From an uncultured delta proteobacterium (GTDB lineage Bacteria > Myxococcota_A > Polyangia > Polyangiales > Houyiibacteriaceae), in contig CAVOVB010000001.1 in assembly GCA_963699755.1 (NCBI GenBank), positions 192,001 to 256,000 of the forward strand: a stretch of DNA of 64,000 nt, in the 5' to 3' direction. The translations under genes and the position numbers were made by a program. Below, piece by piece: positions 8,527-17,803 of the stretch (positions within the stretch are counted from its first letter, which is position 1; the number at the start of each line of letters is the position of its first letter). Below the pieces are notes generated by a model, which did no database searches, was not told where the DNA came from, and worked only from the letters and a program-made list of their open reading frames with translations.

Positions 8527-9600
8527 CTAAACCCCTGACAAACGGCGCCGGAGCAATGCGAAGCCCAGCAGGAGGCCGAGAGCTGAAATCGGCGATCGAT
8601 CGCCCGAGGTCGTCGAGAATGCCGCGCAGGCGTTTGCGCGCTCGAGCGAACCTCCTTTGGGCACACTGATCGGGTCGGCTCCATTGGCAAGAAATGAGCC
8701 ATCCTCCGTGCTCATCCGCGAGCTTGGCATGAACCGACTTCCCGCGGCCTCCGCGATCCAGGGCAGATAGGCGGAGAGCAAGGTGTAGACACCCCCATCA
8801 CCGCAGTCGCGCTTCACATCGGAGCGGCCGCGCGAGACGAGGCCGACGAGAAAATTGCCGTCCTCGGTTGGAACGTAAAGCGGACCGCCAGAGTCACCGT
8901 AGCAGGAGTCACCTAGCTGATCGATTCTACGTGTCAGCAGCTCCTGGTGACCGAGGATGTCGATCACGGCGTCTGAAATGTAGAGCTCGCCGGTGAGATT
9001 GTCGTCGATGTCGTAGACCCCGTAACCGGCAACGAATGCCACATCACCATGGTGGACGAGCTCTCGCTCGCGCTCGGCCGTCAGCATGGGCGCGCTGGGG
9101 ATTGCATCGAAGGGAGCTCCGAGGAACAGCAGTGCGATGTCGTTTGGCGAGCCGATGCCCCCCTGACCTGCGCCGCTTCGATTTCGGCCCATGATGAATT
9201 CGTGATCGTAATCCTCGTGGACGCGTACTTGGAGCACGGCGCGCATCATGCTCGGGTCGGCGCTGCGGCTCGCAAGATGGCCAGCGACCACTTGCAATGA
9301 GCTTGGCGCCGCCGCTCGAACGACGCCGACTTCCGGTTCGACCACTGCGCAGTGCGCGGCGGTCACGACGACAAGCGGAGAAATCAGCGTCCCAGTGCAG
9401 AAGCCCATGCTCGCACCGCTGCGTCTGATCTCGACGGTCGCGAAGATCTGCTGCTCGGTTGCGGCCCAGCCGCCAACGATCTCCGCGCTCGTTGCGCCGA
9501 CCTCGCCCGCCCAGTTCGCGCTGTGAGACGGATCACCACAACCAAGGGTTATACCCAAAAGGATTACAGATAGGGCTTTGTATGCCTCTGGCGGACTCAT
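8527..9600 (-). CDS. Secreted S1 serine protease with MYXO-CTERM-like tail
   Basis: LGC lipobox, IVGG, TAAHC, DIALL, GDSGGP, and C-terminal AC...LGLLLGFALLRRR. Confidence 0.87.
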   Translation of the reverse strand: MSPPEAYKALSVILLGITLGCGDPSHSANWAGEVGATSAEIVGGWAATEQQIFATVEIRRSGASMGFCTGTLISPLVVVTAAHCAVVEPEVGVVRAAAPSSLQVVAGHLASRSADPSMMRAVLQVRVHEDYDHEFIMGRNRSGAGQGGIGSPNDIALLFLGAPFDAIPSAPMLTAERERELVHHGDVAFVAGYGVYDIDDNLTGELYISDAVIDILGHQELLTRRIDQLGDSCYGDSGGPLYVPTEDGNFLVGLVSRGRSDVKRDCGDGGVYTLLSAYLPWIAEAAGSRFMPSSRMSTEDGSFLANGADPISVPKGGSLERANACAAFSTTSGDRSPISALGLLLGFALLRRRLSGV

Positions 9601-9745
9601 GGGGAAAGGTAGGTGGGCGTATCATGAGTGCATCGGCCTTGATAGAGTGAACAGATGTTTGCCCTCTGGGATCCGACCAATCGGTGAGCTGACAAACCTT
9701 TGGCCGTTGCGAAAAACTTGGTGCGGACAGCCCGCGAGACGACAG

Positions 9746-9762
9746 TCGTTCCAGTGGAACGA
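9746..9762. promoter_or_regulatory. Perfect palindrome TCGTTCCA-G-TGGAACGA at the TetR start (candidate autoregulatory operator)
   Basis: 8-bp inverted repeat with a 1-bp spacer abutting ATG 9763. Confidence 0.45.
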
Positions 9763-10368
9763 ATGAGCCGTCGCGCACGCCGCAAAGAGGAGACCCTGCG
9801 CCGGATCGAAGAGGCCGGATGGAAGTTGTTCCGCACCCGGGGCTATGAGGCCGCATCGACCAGGGAGATTGCAGAGGCCGCAGACATCGCAGCGGGGACG
9901 CTGTTCAACTATTTCCCCGAGAAGCGCGGCCTCCTGATCTACTTGATGCAGAGGCAGATCGATGCGGCGCTGGCAGAGGCGTTGGCAACGCTGAGGCCAT
10001 CGACGCTCGAGCAGGACTTGACGCACGTGTTTACGGCGCTGACCGAAAGCTACGCGAAAGATCGGCGGCTAAGCCGGGTATTCATCAAGGAGTTGCTGTT
10101 CACCGGCGGCCAGCGGCGAGCCGAATCCGCTGCATGGACCTTCGACCTGGTGAAGCAGGTCGCCGACTTGGTCAGGAACGCACAGGGGCGCGGAGAGCTC
10201 GATCCGTCGATCGAGCCCATGGACGCCGCGCAGCAGATCTTCAGCGCACACTACTTCGGTCTCGTGACCTGGTTGGGCGGCACGATTCCGTCGCGAGCTG
10301 CGCAAGAAGAACAGTTTGGGGTTTCGCTACGCCTGCTTCTGCGCGGCCTGCGCCGAAGCGCGGCCTAG
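9763..10368 (+). CDS. TetR/AcrR family transcriptional regulator
   Basis: HTH LFRTRGYEAASTREIAEAADIAAGTLFNYFPEK. Start revised to ATG 9763. Confidence 0.9.
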   Translation: MSRRARRKEETLRRIEEAGWKLFRTRGYEAASTREIAEAADIAAGTLFNYFPEKRGLLIYLMQRQIDAALAEALATLRPSTLEQDLTHVFTALTESYAKDRRLSRVFIKELLFTGGQRRAESAAWTFDLVKQVADLVRNAQGRGELDPSIEPMDAAQQIFSAHYFGLVTWLGGTIPSRAAQEEQFGVSLRLLLRGLRRSAA

Positions 10369-11262
10369 CCTCGCGCTCACGTCGAGAACCGCCGCTGCGA
10401 TCTCCTCAGGAACCTCTTCTTGGAGAAAATGCCCGGCCTGTGTCTCGGTCACCGGAGGGTCGCCGAGAAGCGCTTTGGTGCGCTTCAATGCGCGTGCGAG
10501 GATCGGATCGCGCCGACCCCAGACCATCGCCTTCGGCCCATCGAAGCTGCCAGCCAAAGCCGCGCACTCTTCGAGCGCCGGGATCGATGGATGCCCGATT
10601 CGATCGACTGCCATGCGGGCCGTGGCGAGCGGGGCGACGCGATCGCGAACGTGTCGAAACGGATAGCGGTAGGCGCGCGCGACGTTGCCGCGAATGCTCG
10701 ACTTGTCGCCCTGGGCCATGTGCAAGGCGGCCTGAGGCAGGGGCAGGACGCGAAACGCGAAGTCGCTGACGAGTGGCAGGTGCGAAAAACGGTGAAATGC
10801 CGTCGGTTTGAAGCCGGGCGAGGGCGCGTCGAGCACCGTGTTCAGCACGACCATCCCGCCGAGGCGATCTTGGCGCGTGGTGAAGGGATGGAGCCCGATC
10901 GCTCCGCCCCAATCCTGGCAGACGAGGATCAGATCGTGGAGGTCGAGTTGGTCGATGAGCGAGCCGAGCCACTTGCTGTGATTGCGGATGGTGTGCAGCG
11001 AGAAGTCGCGAGGCTTGTCACTTAACCCGAAGCCGATCAGGTCCGGCATGATCAAGCGAAGCCCCTGCCCTTGCAGGCACATCGCGACCTTGCGGTAGAG
11101 AAATCCCCAGGTCGGATTCCCGTGGACCATCAGCACGGGCCAACCCCGACCGGTTTCCATCACATGCATGTGGAGCCCATCGCCCACGGCGATGCGATAT
11201 CGGGTGAAGGGAACTTCCTTCGCGATCCATTCGGGAAGCTCGGGCGCAGGCTGGGTTTCCAC
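10327..11262 (-). CDS. Alpha/beta hydrolase, haloalkane dehalogenase/OleB-like
   Basis: HGNPTW, PDLIGFGLSDKP, nucleophile QDWGG and GHFLQE motifs. Start estimated at GTG 11262. Confidence 0.83.
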   Translation of the reverse strand: METQPAPELPEWIAKEVPFTRYRIAVGDGLHMHVMETGRGWPVLMVHGNPTWGFLYRKVAMCLQGQGLRLIMPDLIGFGLSDKPRDFSLHTIRNHSKWLGSLIDQLDLHDLILVCQDWGGAIGLHPFTTRQDRLGGMVVLNTVLDAPSPGFKPTAFHRFSHLPLVSDFAFRVLPLPQAALHMAQGDKSSIRGNVARAYRYPFRHVRDRVAPLATARMAVDRIGHPSIPALEECAALAGSFDGPKAMVWGRRDPILARALKRTKALLGDPPVTETQAGHFLQEEVPEEIAAAVLDVSARLGRASAQAAQKQA

Positions 11263-11360
11263 GAGATGGAGGGTACCCCTTCGGGCCGCGCGGGGAAAGT
11301 GGAACACAACTCGGGCAACGACAAACCATACGATCGAAGAACGGCTCGCGGCGGGCGTGC

Positions 11361-12038
11361 TCAATCCACGGCCTGGGCGCGCCATTTTCGCAGAATGAAA
11401 ACGCCGATCGCGGCGATGACGACGGTGGCGATGATGAGGATCGGCCAGAGCTGATCCCAGGGCCAGGCCGCGACGGGGTGCTCCTCGATCCATTTGGCGA
11501 CTCGAATCCCGACCAGAGTGGTCATCAAGGTGAAGGGCGCGACACCGAGCACGGTGGCTCCCAGAAACGGAGCGAAGGCAACCCGCGACACGCCGAGCGC
11601 CCATTGCACGGTCGGCGTCGTGTAGAAAATCAGCCTAAGCAGGAACACGGTTCGGAACCCATGAGTTTGGAGCCGTTCGTCAAAGCGACGAATCCGGGGC
11701 GGCAAGCGCTCTTGAATCCAATCACGTGCAACGAAGCGAGCAACGACGAACGAAAACAGTCCCGTGCCAACGGTGCCCGCCCAATTCAGAAAGAACGCTT
11801 CGGTCGGGGTCCAGATCAGGGGTGCGCTGAGAAGGAAGACCAGCCCGTTGAGGCCGAACGGCTGCAGGCAGGAGTACGCCACGATGAAGAGTAGCCCGCC
11901 CCAGGGACCTGCCTTCCGAAACCAGACCCGCATCGTGGCTGGGTCGAGCTCTTCGTAGGCGCCGCTCGCGTAGATCCAGGCGACAAGACCGGCGAGGAGC
12001 GCCGCGAATGCGATCTTCAGGAGGCTTCCCCGATCCAT
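11361..12038 (-). CDS. VTT/TVP38 (DedA-like) membrane protein
   Basis: Multiple TM segments, ARFVARDW and GFRTVFLLRL motifs. Start revised to ATG 12038. Confidence 0.8.
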   Translation of the reverse strand: MDRGSLLKIAFAALLAGLVAWIYASGAYEELDPATMRVWFRKAGPWGGLLFIVAYSCLQPFGLNGLVFLLSAPLIWTPTEAFFLNWAGTVGTGLFSFVVARFVARDWIQERLPPRIRRFDERLQTHGFRTVFLLRLIFYTTPTVQWALGVSRVAFAPFLGATVLGVAPFTLMTTLVGIRVAKWIEEHPVAAWPWDQLWPILIIATVVIAAIGVFILRKWRAQAVD

Positions 12039-12138
12039 GGGCCGAAGCCTAGCGCAGGACCCGCAGAGAACCCTGGACATCGTGAATTCAGCTGGATACA
12101 AATGCTCCTCGGGACAGGAGCACGTCGTGCAAGGAGCA

Positions 12139-13506
12139 GTGAAGACCGAATTACTGGCGCCCGCGACCGGGCCAGCCGCGGCCGTCGAAGCTGAGGAAAC
12201 CGCCCGCGAGTTCGGGGGCACCTTCGGGGCCGCGTTCATCATGACCCTCTCGCACGCCTTGATGCTCTACCTCTGGATCGCGTGGCGGTTTTACGACGGC
12301 GCTGTCTTCTATCCAGCAGGGCTTTCGGATCTGGGCCCCTTCTTCGCACGGATTTGGGATCAGATCGTCACCTACGCCTCGCCGACTTGGAGCACATTTG
12401 CGATCTACTGGACGTTCCTGGTCATCGAAGGATGGATGGCGGCGTACCTGCCGGGCCTGGAGATCAAAGGCCTTCCGATACCGTCGCGCAATGGCGAGCG
12501 TTTGGTCTACCGCTGCAACGGAATCACCGCCTGGTACCTCAGCCTGATTGCAATCGCGATCTTGCACTTCAGCGGCGTCTTCCCACTGGAGACGATCTAC
12601 ACGCAGTTTGGCTCATTCATGATCACCGCGATGATCAGTGCAAACATCGTTGCGCTCATCGTTTACTTCGGAGCGAAGGCCACCGGCAATGCGGAGCGGA
12701 TGTCGGGGAGCTTTCTCTACGACTTCTTCATGGGCGCCTGGCTCAATCCTCGAGTCGGCCCCCTGGATCTCAAGATGTGGGCCGAGGTCCGAGTGTCCTG
12801 GTTGACACTCTTCCTGCTGACGTGCAGCGGCGCGGCTCACCAATACGCGACCTATGGCACCCTGAGCACCCCGATGATCTTCATGGTGGTGGCGCATTTC
12901 CTCTATACCAACGCCTGCATGAAAGGCGAAGAGTGCATCCCGACCACCTGGGACATCTTTTACGAGAAGTGGGGCTGGATGCTCGTCTTCTGGAATCTCG
13001 CCGGCGTGCCTTTCGTCTATTGCTTCAACTCGATGTACATCGCGTCGCGGCCACCCTTCGAGCACTCAATTCCGTACACAGTATTCTGCTTCGCGTTGCT
13101 GTTCGGCGCGTACTACGTTTGGGATACGGCACAGAGCCAGCGCAACCGCTTCCGCATGAAGCTCAATGGTTCATACGTGAAACGCAAGGCGTTCCCGCAA
13201 CTGCCCTGGGGCACACTCGAGAACCCTCGCTACCTCGACACCGAGGCCGGCTCCAAGCTACTGGTCGACGGCTGGTGGCGCTACGCCAGGAAGATCCACT
13301 ACACGGCCGACATCTTGATGGCCTTGTCCTGGGGCTTGATTTGCGGCTTGGACCACTTTTTGCCGTATCTCTACGTGACCTTTTTCGTGGTGATGATCCT
13401 GCACCGCGCGGGACGCGACATCAGTCGTTGCAAGAAGAAGTACGGCCCCGATTGGGATCGCTACTGCGAAGAAGTTCCATACCTATTCATTCCGTATCTG
13501 TTCTGA
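12139..13506 (+). CDS. ERG4/ERG24-family sterol reductase, most like fungal Delta24(28)-sterol reductase ERG4
   Basis: EFGG, YDFFMGAWLNPR, DLKM, KGEECIPTTWDIFYEKWGWMLVFWNLAGVP, LLVDGWWRYARKIHYTAD and HRAGRD..RCKKKYGPDWDRYC..VPYLFIP. Start GTG 12139 follows the RBS AAGGAG. Confidence 0.88.
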   Translation: MKTELLAPATGPAAAVEAEETAREFGGTFGAAFIMTLSHALMLYLWIAWRFYDGAVFYPAGLSDLGPFFARIWDQIVTYASPTWSTFAIYWTFLVIEGWMAAYLPGLEIKGLPIPSRNGERLVYRCNGITAWYLSLIAIAILHFSGVFPLETIYTQFGSFMITAMISANIVALIVYFGAKATGNAERMSGSFLYDFFMGAWLNPRVGPLDLKMWAEVRVSWLTLFLLTCSGAAHQYATYGTLSTPMIFMVVAHFLYTNACMKGEECIPTTWDIFYEKWGWMLVFWNLAGVPFVYCFNSMYIASRPPFEHSIPYTVFCFALLFGAYYVWDTAQSQRNRFRMKLNGSYVKRKAFPQLPWGTLENPRYLDTEAGSKLLVDGWWRYARKIHYTADILMALSWGLICGLDHFLPYLYVTFFVVMILHRAGRDISRCKKKYGPDWDRYCEEVPYLFIPYLF

Positions 13507-13572
13507 AGCGACGCGACCAACGATGGTGCGAATCCAGCAACTCCTGGCGCGCTCGCGTGATCGGCGAGTCTG

Positions 13573-14229
13573 CTAAAACAGGTACGCGACGTTGAGTTGC
13601 AGCTGTTGGTAACTGGTTCTGTAGGATGTCTTCGACGCGCTGTTGAGGCTGATCGAATAGTTGAAATCGAAGTTGAACATCGCCACGTCAAAGTTGATGC
13701 CGAAGCGTGCGATCGCTTGATAGATGGCGAAGTCCACGTCCTTGGGCCTGAGCTTGAGCGTGATCTCTCCAATTCCCAGGGCCTCATTCGCGCTTAGCTT
13801 TGTAATGATCTTCGTGTTGAAGTGGTTCACGTATCCTGCGTAGAGGAACAGCTTGAAGAGGGAGTTCTTGTACGGGATGTACCCCATCATGAACGGCAGC
13901 TCGAACGAGTTCACCTGCGCTTCGAGGCTGAGGACGTTGCCGAATTCGTCGGCGTCCTGCACGCTGACCTCCCATCGATTGAATGAGAACAGGATCTCGA
14001 TGAACGCCTTGCGGCGTCGGACTCGTGCACCGAATCCGATCTGCCATCCTGGGAAAACCTCCCGTTGGCGACCCGTCTCGAGTAGAGAAGCGTAGTTCGT
14101 CGCGCTACCCCCGAAAAAGACCTTGACGTCCAGCTTCGGCTGCTGCGCGCCGCTTCTAGACGGTGACGCGAGAAGGAGTATGGGGGTCAGCAGGAGCATC
14201 GCGATGAGCAGAGCCTTGTTCATGCTCAT
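13573..14229 (-). CDS. Putative outer-membrane beta-barrel protein
   Basis: Signal peptide, alternating aromatic/hydrophobic strands, C-terminal LNVAYLF. Start overlaps the sulfatase stop (ATGA). Confidence 0.65.
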   Translation of the reverse strand: MSMNKALLIAMLLLTPILLLASPSRSGAQQPKLDVKVFFGGSATNYASLLETGRQREVFPGWQIGFGARVRRRKAFIEILFSFNRWEVSVQDADEFGNVLSLEAQVNSFELPFMMGYIPYKNSLFKLFLYAGYVNHFNTKIITKLSANEALGIGEITLKLRPKDVDFAIYQAIARFGINFDVAMFNFDFNYSISLNSASKTSYRTSYQQLQLNVAYLF

Positions 14230-15845
14230 GCCGGGAAGAGGTATTCCTTGCCATCGATTACGAAGCGCTTGTCCATGATGCGCGGCCAGAGCGGCTTCTT
14301 GTGGAGCTTCTCCTTCTGCCACTCCTCGTGCTCTCCATGGAGCGTCTCGTAGAGCGCAGGCATCTGCTCCTTGAGGTTGAGCTTCTCGGATTTGTCGGTT
14401 TCGAGGTCGTAGAGCTCGGCCCAACCGTCGCGCGTGCTCAGGATGAGCTTGTACTTGCCGTCGCGAATCGCCCAGATGTGGTCGGCGCGCCAGAATAGCC
14501 GCTCGTGCGGAACGCCGTTGGCCCTGCCCTGCAGGTAGGGCAGCAGATCCACTCCGTCATACTCGCGATCGCTCGGAAGGATGCCGCCCGCCGCAGCGAC
14601 CGAGGTCGCGAAAATATCGGTCGAGGAAACAGGGTGCTCGTAGCGCATTCCGGAAGGGATCCGCCCCTTCCACTTCATCATGAACGGAACGTTGATCCCG
14701 CCCTCGAACTGGGTGAGCTTTCCGCCCTTGAGAGGGCCGTTGTCCGTTGCGTGCGTGTACGAAGCCCCACCGTTGTCGCTGAGAAGGAAGATGATCGTGT
14801 CGTCCTCGATGCCGGTGTCGATGATGGTTTGATGCACCTCCCCGATCGCATCGTCCAGGGCAGAGATCATCGAGTAGTAGACCCGCTTGTTGTCGTCTTC
14901 GACGTGGGCGTATCGGCAGTAGTAGTCGACGGGCGCTTGGAACGGGACGTGTGGCGCGCTGAACGCGGCGTACAGGAAGAACGGTTCGTCTTTATGCTCC
15001 CGAATGAATGCCTTCATCCGGTCTCTAAATGCGAAAGTGAGATACTGCTCTTCGCGCACCTCCTTCCCGTTCTCGAGGATCATCGCTTCTTCACGCCGGC
15101 CCATGTTCCACTGGTGCTGCGCGCTGAACGAATCGTGCTCGTGATTGATGATGCCCGCCCAATTGCGCTCGGGCGTGTAGAGGGAGAAGGCTCCGTCGAA
15201 ACCGAACTGGTAGTCGAAGCCGCGCGCCAGAGGGACTTGCTTGCGCGACACGCCCAGGTGCCACTTTCCGACGATGCCGGTCGAATAGCCATACTTCTTG
15301 AGGATGTCGGCCAGCGTAATCTCGGTCGGCGGAACACCCTGCTTATGGGCCTGCCACTCTGCCGGAAAAGACGGCTTGGCCTTCACGACGAACTCGCCGG
15401 TATCGACGATCCAACGGCCGGAGATGTACTCGACCCAGTTGGTCGGGTAGTGCTCCATGATCTGCGTCTCGAAGCCGTACCGGTTCTGCACCCGGCCGGT
15501 CATGATGCCCGCTCGTGAGGGTGCGCAGGTGGGAGCGGTCACATAGCCTTCCTGGAAGATGACTCCGTCGAAGCCGATTCGGTCGATGTTGGGCGTCGCG
15601 ATGTGTTCGGCGCCGTAGGCCGAGACTTCGTACTTGCCCAAGTCGTCGGCGAGCAAAATGACGATGTTGGGCTGTCGCTTCGGCTTGGGAATCGCGACCG
15701 GGGCCTTCATGAAGGACGACCGTCCAGCGGCCATTTCCTTGTCGGTCTTGATCCGCCACTTCACGCGCGTGATGGAGCAGCCCACCAGCAAGAGCATGAG
15801 GCACACGAGGAACATCGACGTGAGCAAGCGCTTGTCTTCGAACAT
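14226..15845 (-). CDS. Arylsulfatase-family sulfatase (lipoprotein)
   Basis: LVGC lipobox, PNIVILLADDLG, formylglycine motif CAPSRAG, GKWHLG and SDNG. Start revised to ATG 15845. Confidence 0.92.
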   Translation of the reverse strand: MFEDKRLLTSMFLVCLMLLLVGCSITRVKWRIKTDKEMAAGRSSFMKAPVAIPKPKRQPNIVILLADDLGKYEVSAYGAEHIATPNIDRIGFDGVIFQEGYVTAPTCAPSRAGIMTGRVQNRYGFETQIMEHYPTNWVEYISGRWIVDTGEFVVKAKPSFPAEWQAHKQGVPPTEITLADILKKYGYSTGIVGKWHLGVSRKQVPLARGFDYQFGFDGAFSLYTPERNWAGIINHEHDSFSAQHQWNMGRREEAMILENGKEVREEQYLTFAFRDRMKAFIREHKDEPFFLYAAFSAPHVPFQAPVDYYCRYAHVEDDNKRVYYSMISALDDAIGEVHQTIIDTGIEDDTIIFLLSDNGGASYTHATDNGPLKGGKLTQFEGGINVPFMMKWKGRIPSGMRYEHPVSSTDIFATSVAAAGGILPSDREYDGVDLLPYLQGRANGVPHERLFWRADHIWAIRDGKYKLILSTRDGWAELYDLETDKSEKLNLKEQMPALYETLHGEHEEWQKEKLHKKPLWPRIMDKRFVIDGKEYLFPA

Positions 15846-15919
15846 CCCAGCTCGGGCAATTGGTACCGGCGACCGACCCACACTGGCAAAAAAGCGGCGG
15901 CGCCCATGACCCGGAGGGA

Positions 15920-16945
15920 CTAGTCGCTGTGGATTGCGCCGAAGTCGCGGAACCTCTTGATGAGCTGTGCGCGTGTCTGGACTCCGAGCTTGCGCATCGC
16001 CGAAGTCATCAAGGTCGACACCCTCCCCTTGGAGAGCCCGAGCTGATAGGCGATGAGCTTGTTGGTTTGTCCCGAGAGCGCGTAGGCGACCACCCGGTGC
16101 TCGCGTTCGGTGAGCCCGCGGGGATCGCCGGTCTTGGGCGCATTCGGGAGGCCGAGCACGAAACGTCGACCGTCGGAATCGAACCAATCGACCGTCGACC
16201 AACGACCCCGCACGAGTGCCGTCCAGAGCTCCAGCGCCTTTTCTGGATCGCTTTCGCGAAGGCGGCCGCGGGATTGATCGATCTGGATGGCCGCGCTGCG
16301 GAGGGCCGCGTGGGCAGCTCTCGCCTTCGCCGGCCCTTCCGCACCGACGACTCGAAAGCCGTTTGGATCGATGACCACTTCCGCGCCATGCGGCAAAGGA
16401 GTCGCTGGCTCGGGCCCAGGCTTTGCCAGCGCGAGCCTCAATCGGTATCCAGCGCCGAAGTGCGCAGCAAGCATTTGGCAACGTTCGCGGGACCGCTCGC
16501 TGAGATTGGTCACCTTGGGAAGCGGCGCGATGAGATACACGCCGTCCCCGCTCGGGTCGAAGGTCGAGATTCCGAGGCCGTCCTTTGCGAAGTCGAAGTG
16601 GCGCATGACCAAATGGAAAGCCTCCAGGTTTTGCCCGGCCGCCTCACTCAGGGTCTGCGGCATCGTCGGACGACTCAAGGTCCAGACGACTTCGGGGGGG
16701 ATTTGCCTCTCCGAACGCAGGACCCGGTCCGCTAGGTCGTCCACGTGGGAGAGCGCATGCAACTGATGGATGACGAGCGGCCCCATTTCCGGCGGGCGTG
16801 TGCAGGTCAGCGCAAAGCTGCCGAGCCCCTGGTCAAACATTGGCGCACCGGCTTCGAGCAATGCCGGCAACCAGTCATCGTGCTCGAGCTCAAGGTTGTA
16901 AGCCGCCTCCACAAAATCGATGAGCGCTGACCCGACCCGTTCCAC
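15920..16945 (-). CDS. LuxR-type HTH transcriptional regulator
   Basis: C-terminal LTEREHRVVAYALSGQTNKLIAYQLGLSKGRVS..MRKLGV. Start GTG 16945 follows AGGAG. Confidence 0.85.
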   Translation of the reverse strand: MERVGSALIDFVEAAYNLELEHDDWLPALLEAGAPMFDQGLGSFALTCTRPPEMGPLVIHQLHALSHVDDLADRVLRSERQIPPEVVWTLSRPTMPQTLSEAAGQNLEAFHLVMRHFDFAKDGLGISTFDPSGDGVYLIAPLPKVTNLSERSRERCQMLAAHFGAGYRLRLALAKPGPEPATPLPHGAEVVIDPNGFRVVGAEGPAKARAAHAALRSAAIQIDQSRGRLRESDPEKALELWTALVRGRWSTVDWFDSDGRRFVLGLPNAPKTGDPRGLTEREHRVVAYALSGQTNKLIAYQLGLSKGRVSTLMTSAMRKLGVQTRAQLIKRFRDFGAIHSD

Positions 16946-17035
16946 GACTCCTACGAAGAGCCAAATGGGGCCCCACGTCCATAAGTAATTCTTCACCCTG
17001 AACCATCGAGAGTGCCAAGTCGTCGGGAATTCTGG

Positions 17036-17803
17036 TCAAATCCCGAGAAGAGCTGCTCCGTACGCGCCCATCAATTGGGGCTCGTCGGGAAGGATGACGC
17101 CCTGGACGGTCGCTTCAGCGATCATCTTTCGGACGGCCTGGTTCTTCGCGACGCCACCGGAGAGCATCAGAGGGGCGACGATGCCGACGTTTCGAGCCAT
17201 CGAAACGACTCGCCCGACCAAGGAGCGGTGAAGGCCGCGAAGGATCGCGTCGGGCTCGGCGCCGCGGGCTATCAAGGAGATGATCTCAGACTCGGCGAAC
17301 ACCGTGCAGGTGGAGCTGATCGGTTCCTCGTCGGTCGTCGAAAGCGCCCGGACACCGAGCTCTTCGACCGAAACGCTCAAGCGCGCCGCGGTGTACTCCA
17401 AGAAACGGCCAGTCCCCGCTGCACACTTGTCGTTCATCATGAAGTCGACCGGCCGCCCATCTTCGCCGATCTGAATGACCTTGCTGTCCTGTCCGCCGAT
17501 GTCGATCAAGGTGCCGGCTCGCCCGAGATCCCGAAAGACACCTCGGGCGTGACAGGTGATCTCCGTCAAGTTTCGCGTGGCTTCCTTGATCAGCTTGCGT
17601 CCGTATCCAGTGGCGATCGTCGGTACGGCTTGGCCGGCGCCGTGTTCGTCCCGGATAGCCTCCAGCAGCCTTCGAACCTGTACCTCGACGCGTGGCTCGG
17701 TCGGCTCGAGCAGCGAGCCCAGGATAGCGCCGTTCCGATCGACCGCGACGAGCTTGCAAGTGGTCGAGCCCGCATCGATTCCGATCGCGGCAACTCTGCT
17801 CAC
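17036..17803 (-). CDS. ATP-dependent activator of 2-hydroxyacyl-CoA dehydratase (HgdC/BcrAD family)
   Basis: GIDAGSTTCK, ATGYGR, EITCH, DIGGQDSK, MNDKCAAGTG and STCTVFAESE motifs. Confidence 0.93.
   Translation of the reverse strand: MSRVAAIGIDAGSTTCKLVAVDRNGAILGSLLEPTEPRVEVQVRRLLEAIRDEHGAGQAVPTIATGYGRKLIKEATRNLTEITCHARGVFRDLGRAGTLIDIGGQDSKVIQIGEDGRPVDFMMNDKCAAGTGRFLEYTAARLSVSVEELGVRALSTTDEEPISSTCTVFAESEIISLIARGAEPDAILRGLHRSLVGRVVSMARNVGIVAPLMLSGGVAKNQAVRKMIAEATVQGVILPDEPQLMGAYGAALLGI

Noticed and set aside
15846..16481. N-terminal 200-aa extension of the sulfatase ORF
   Set aside because: Overlaps the LuxR gene. The lipoprotein signal begins at MFEDKRLL (15845).
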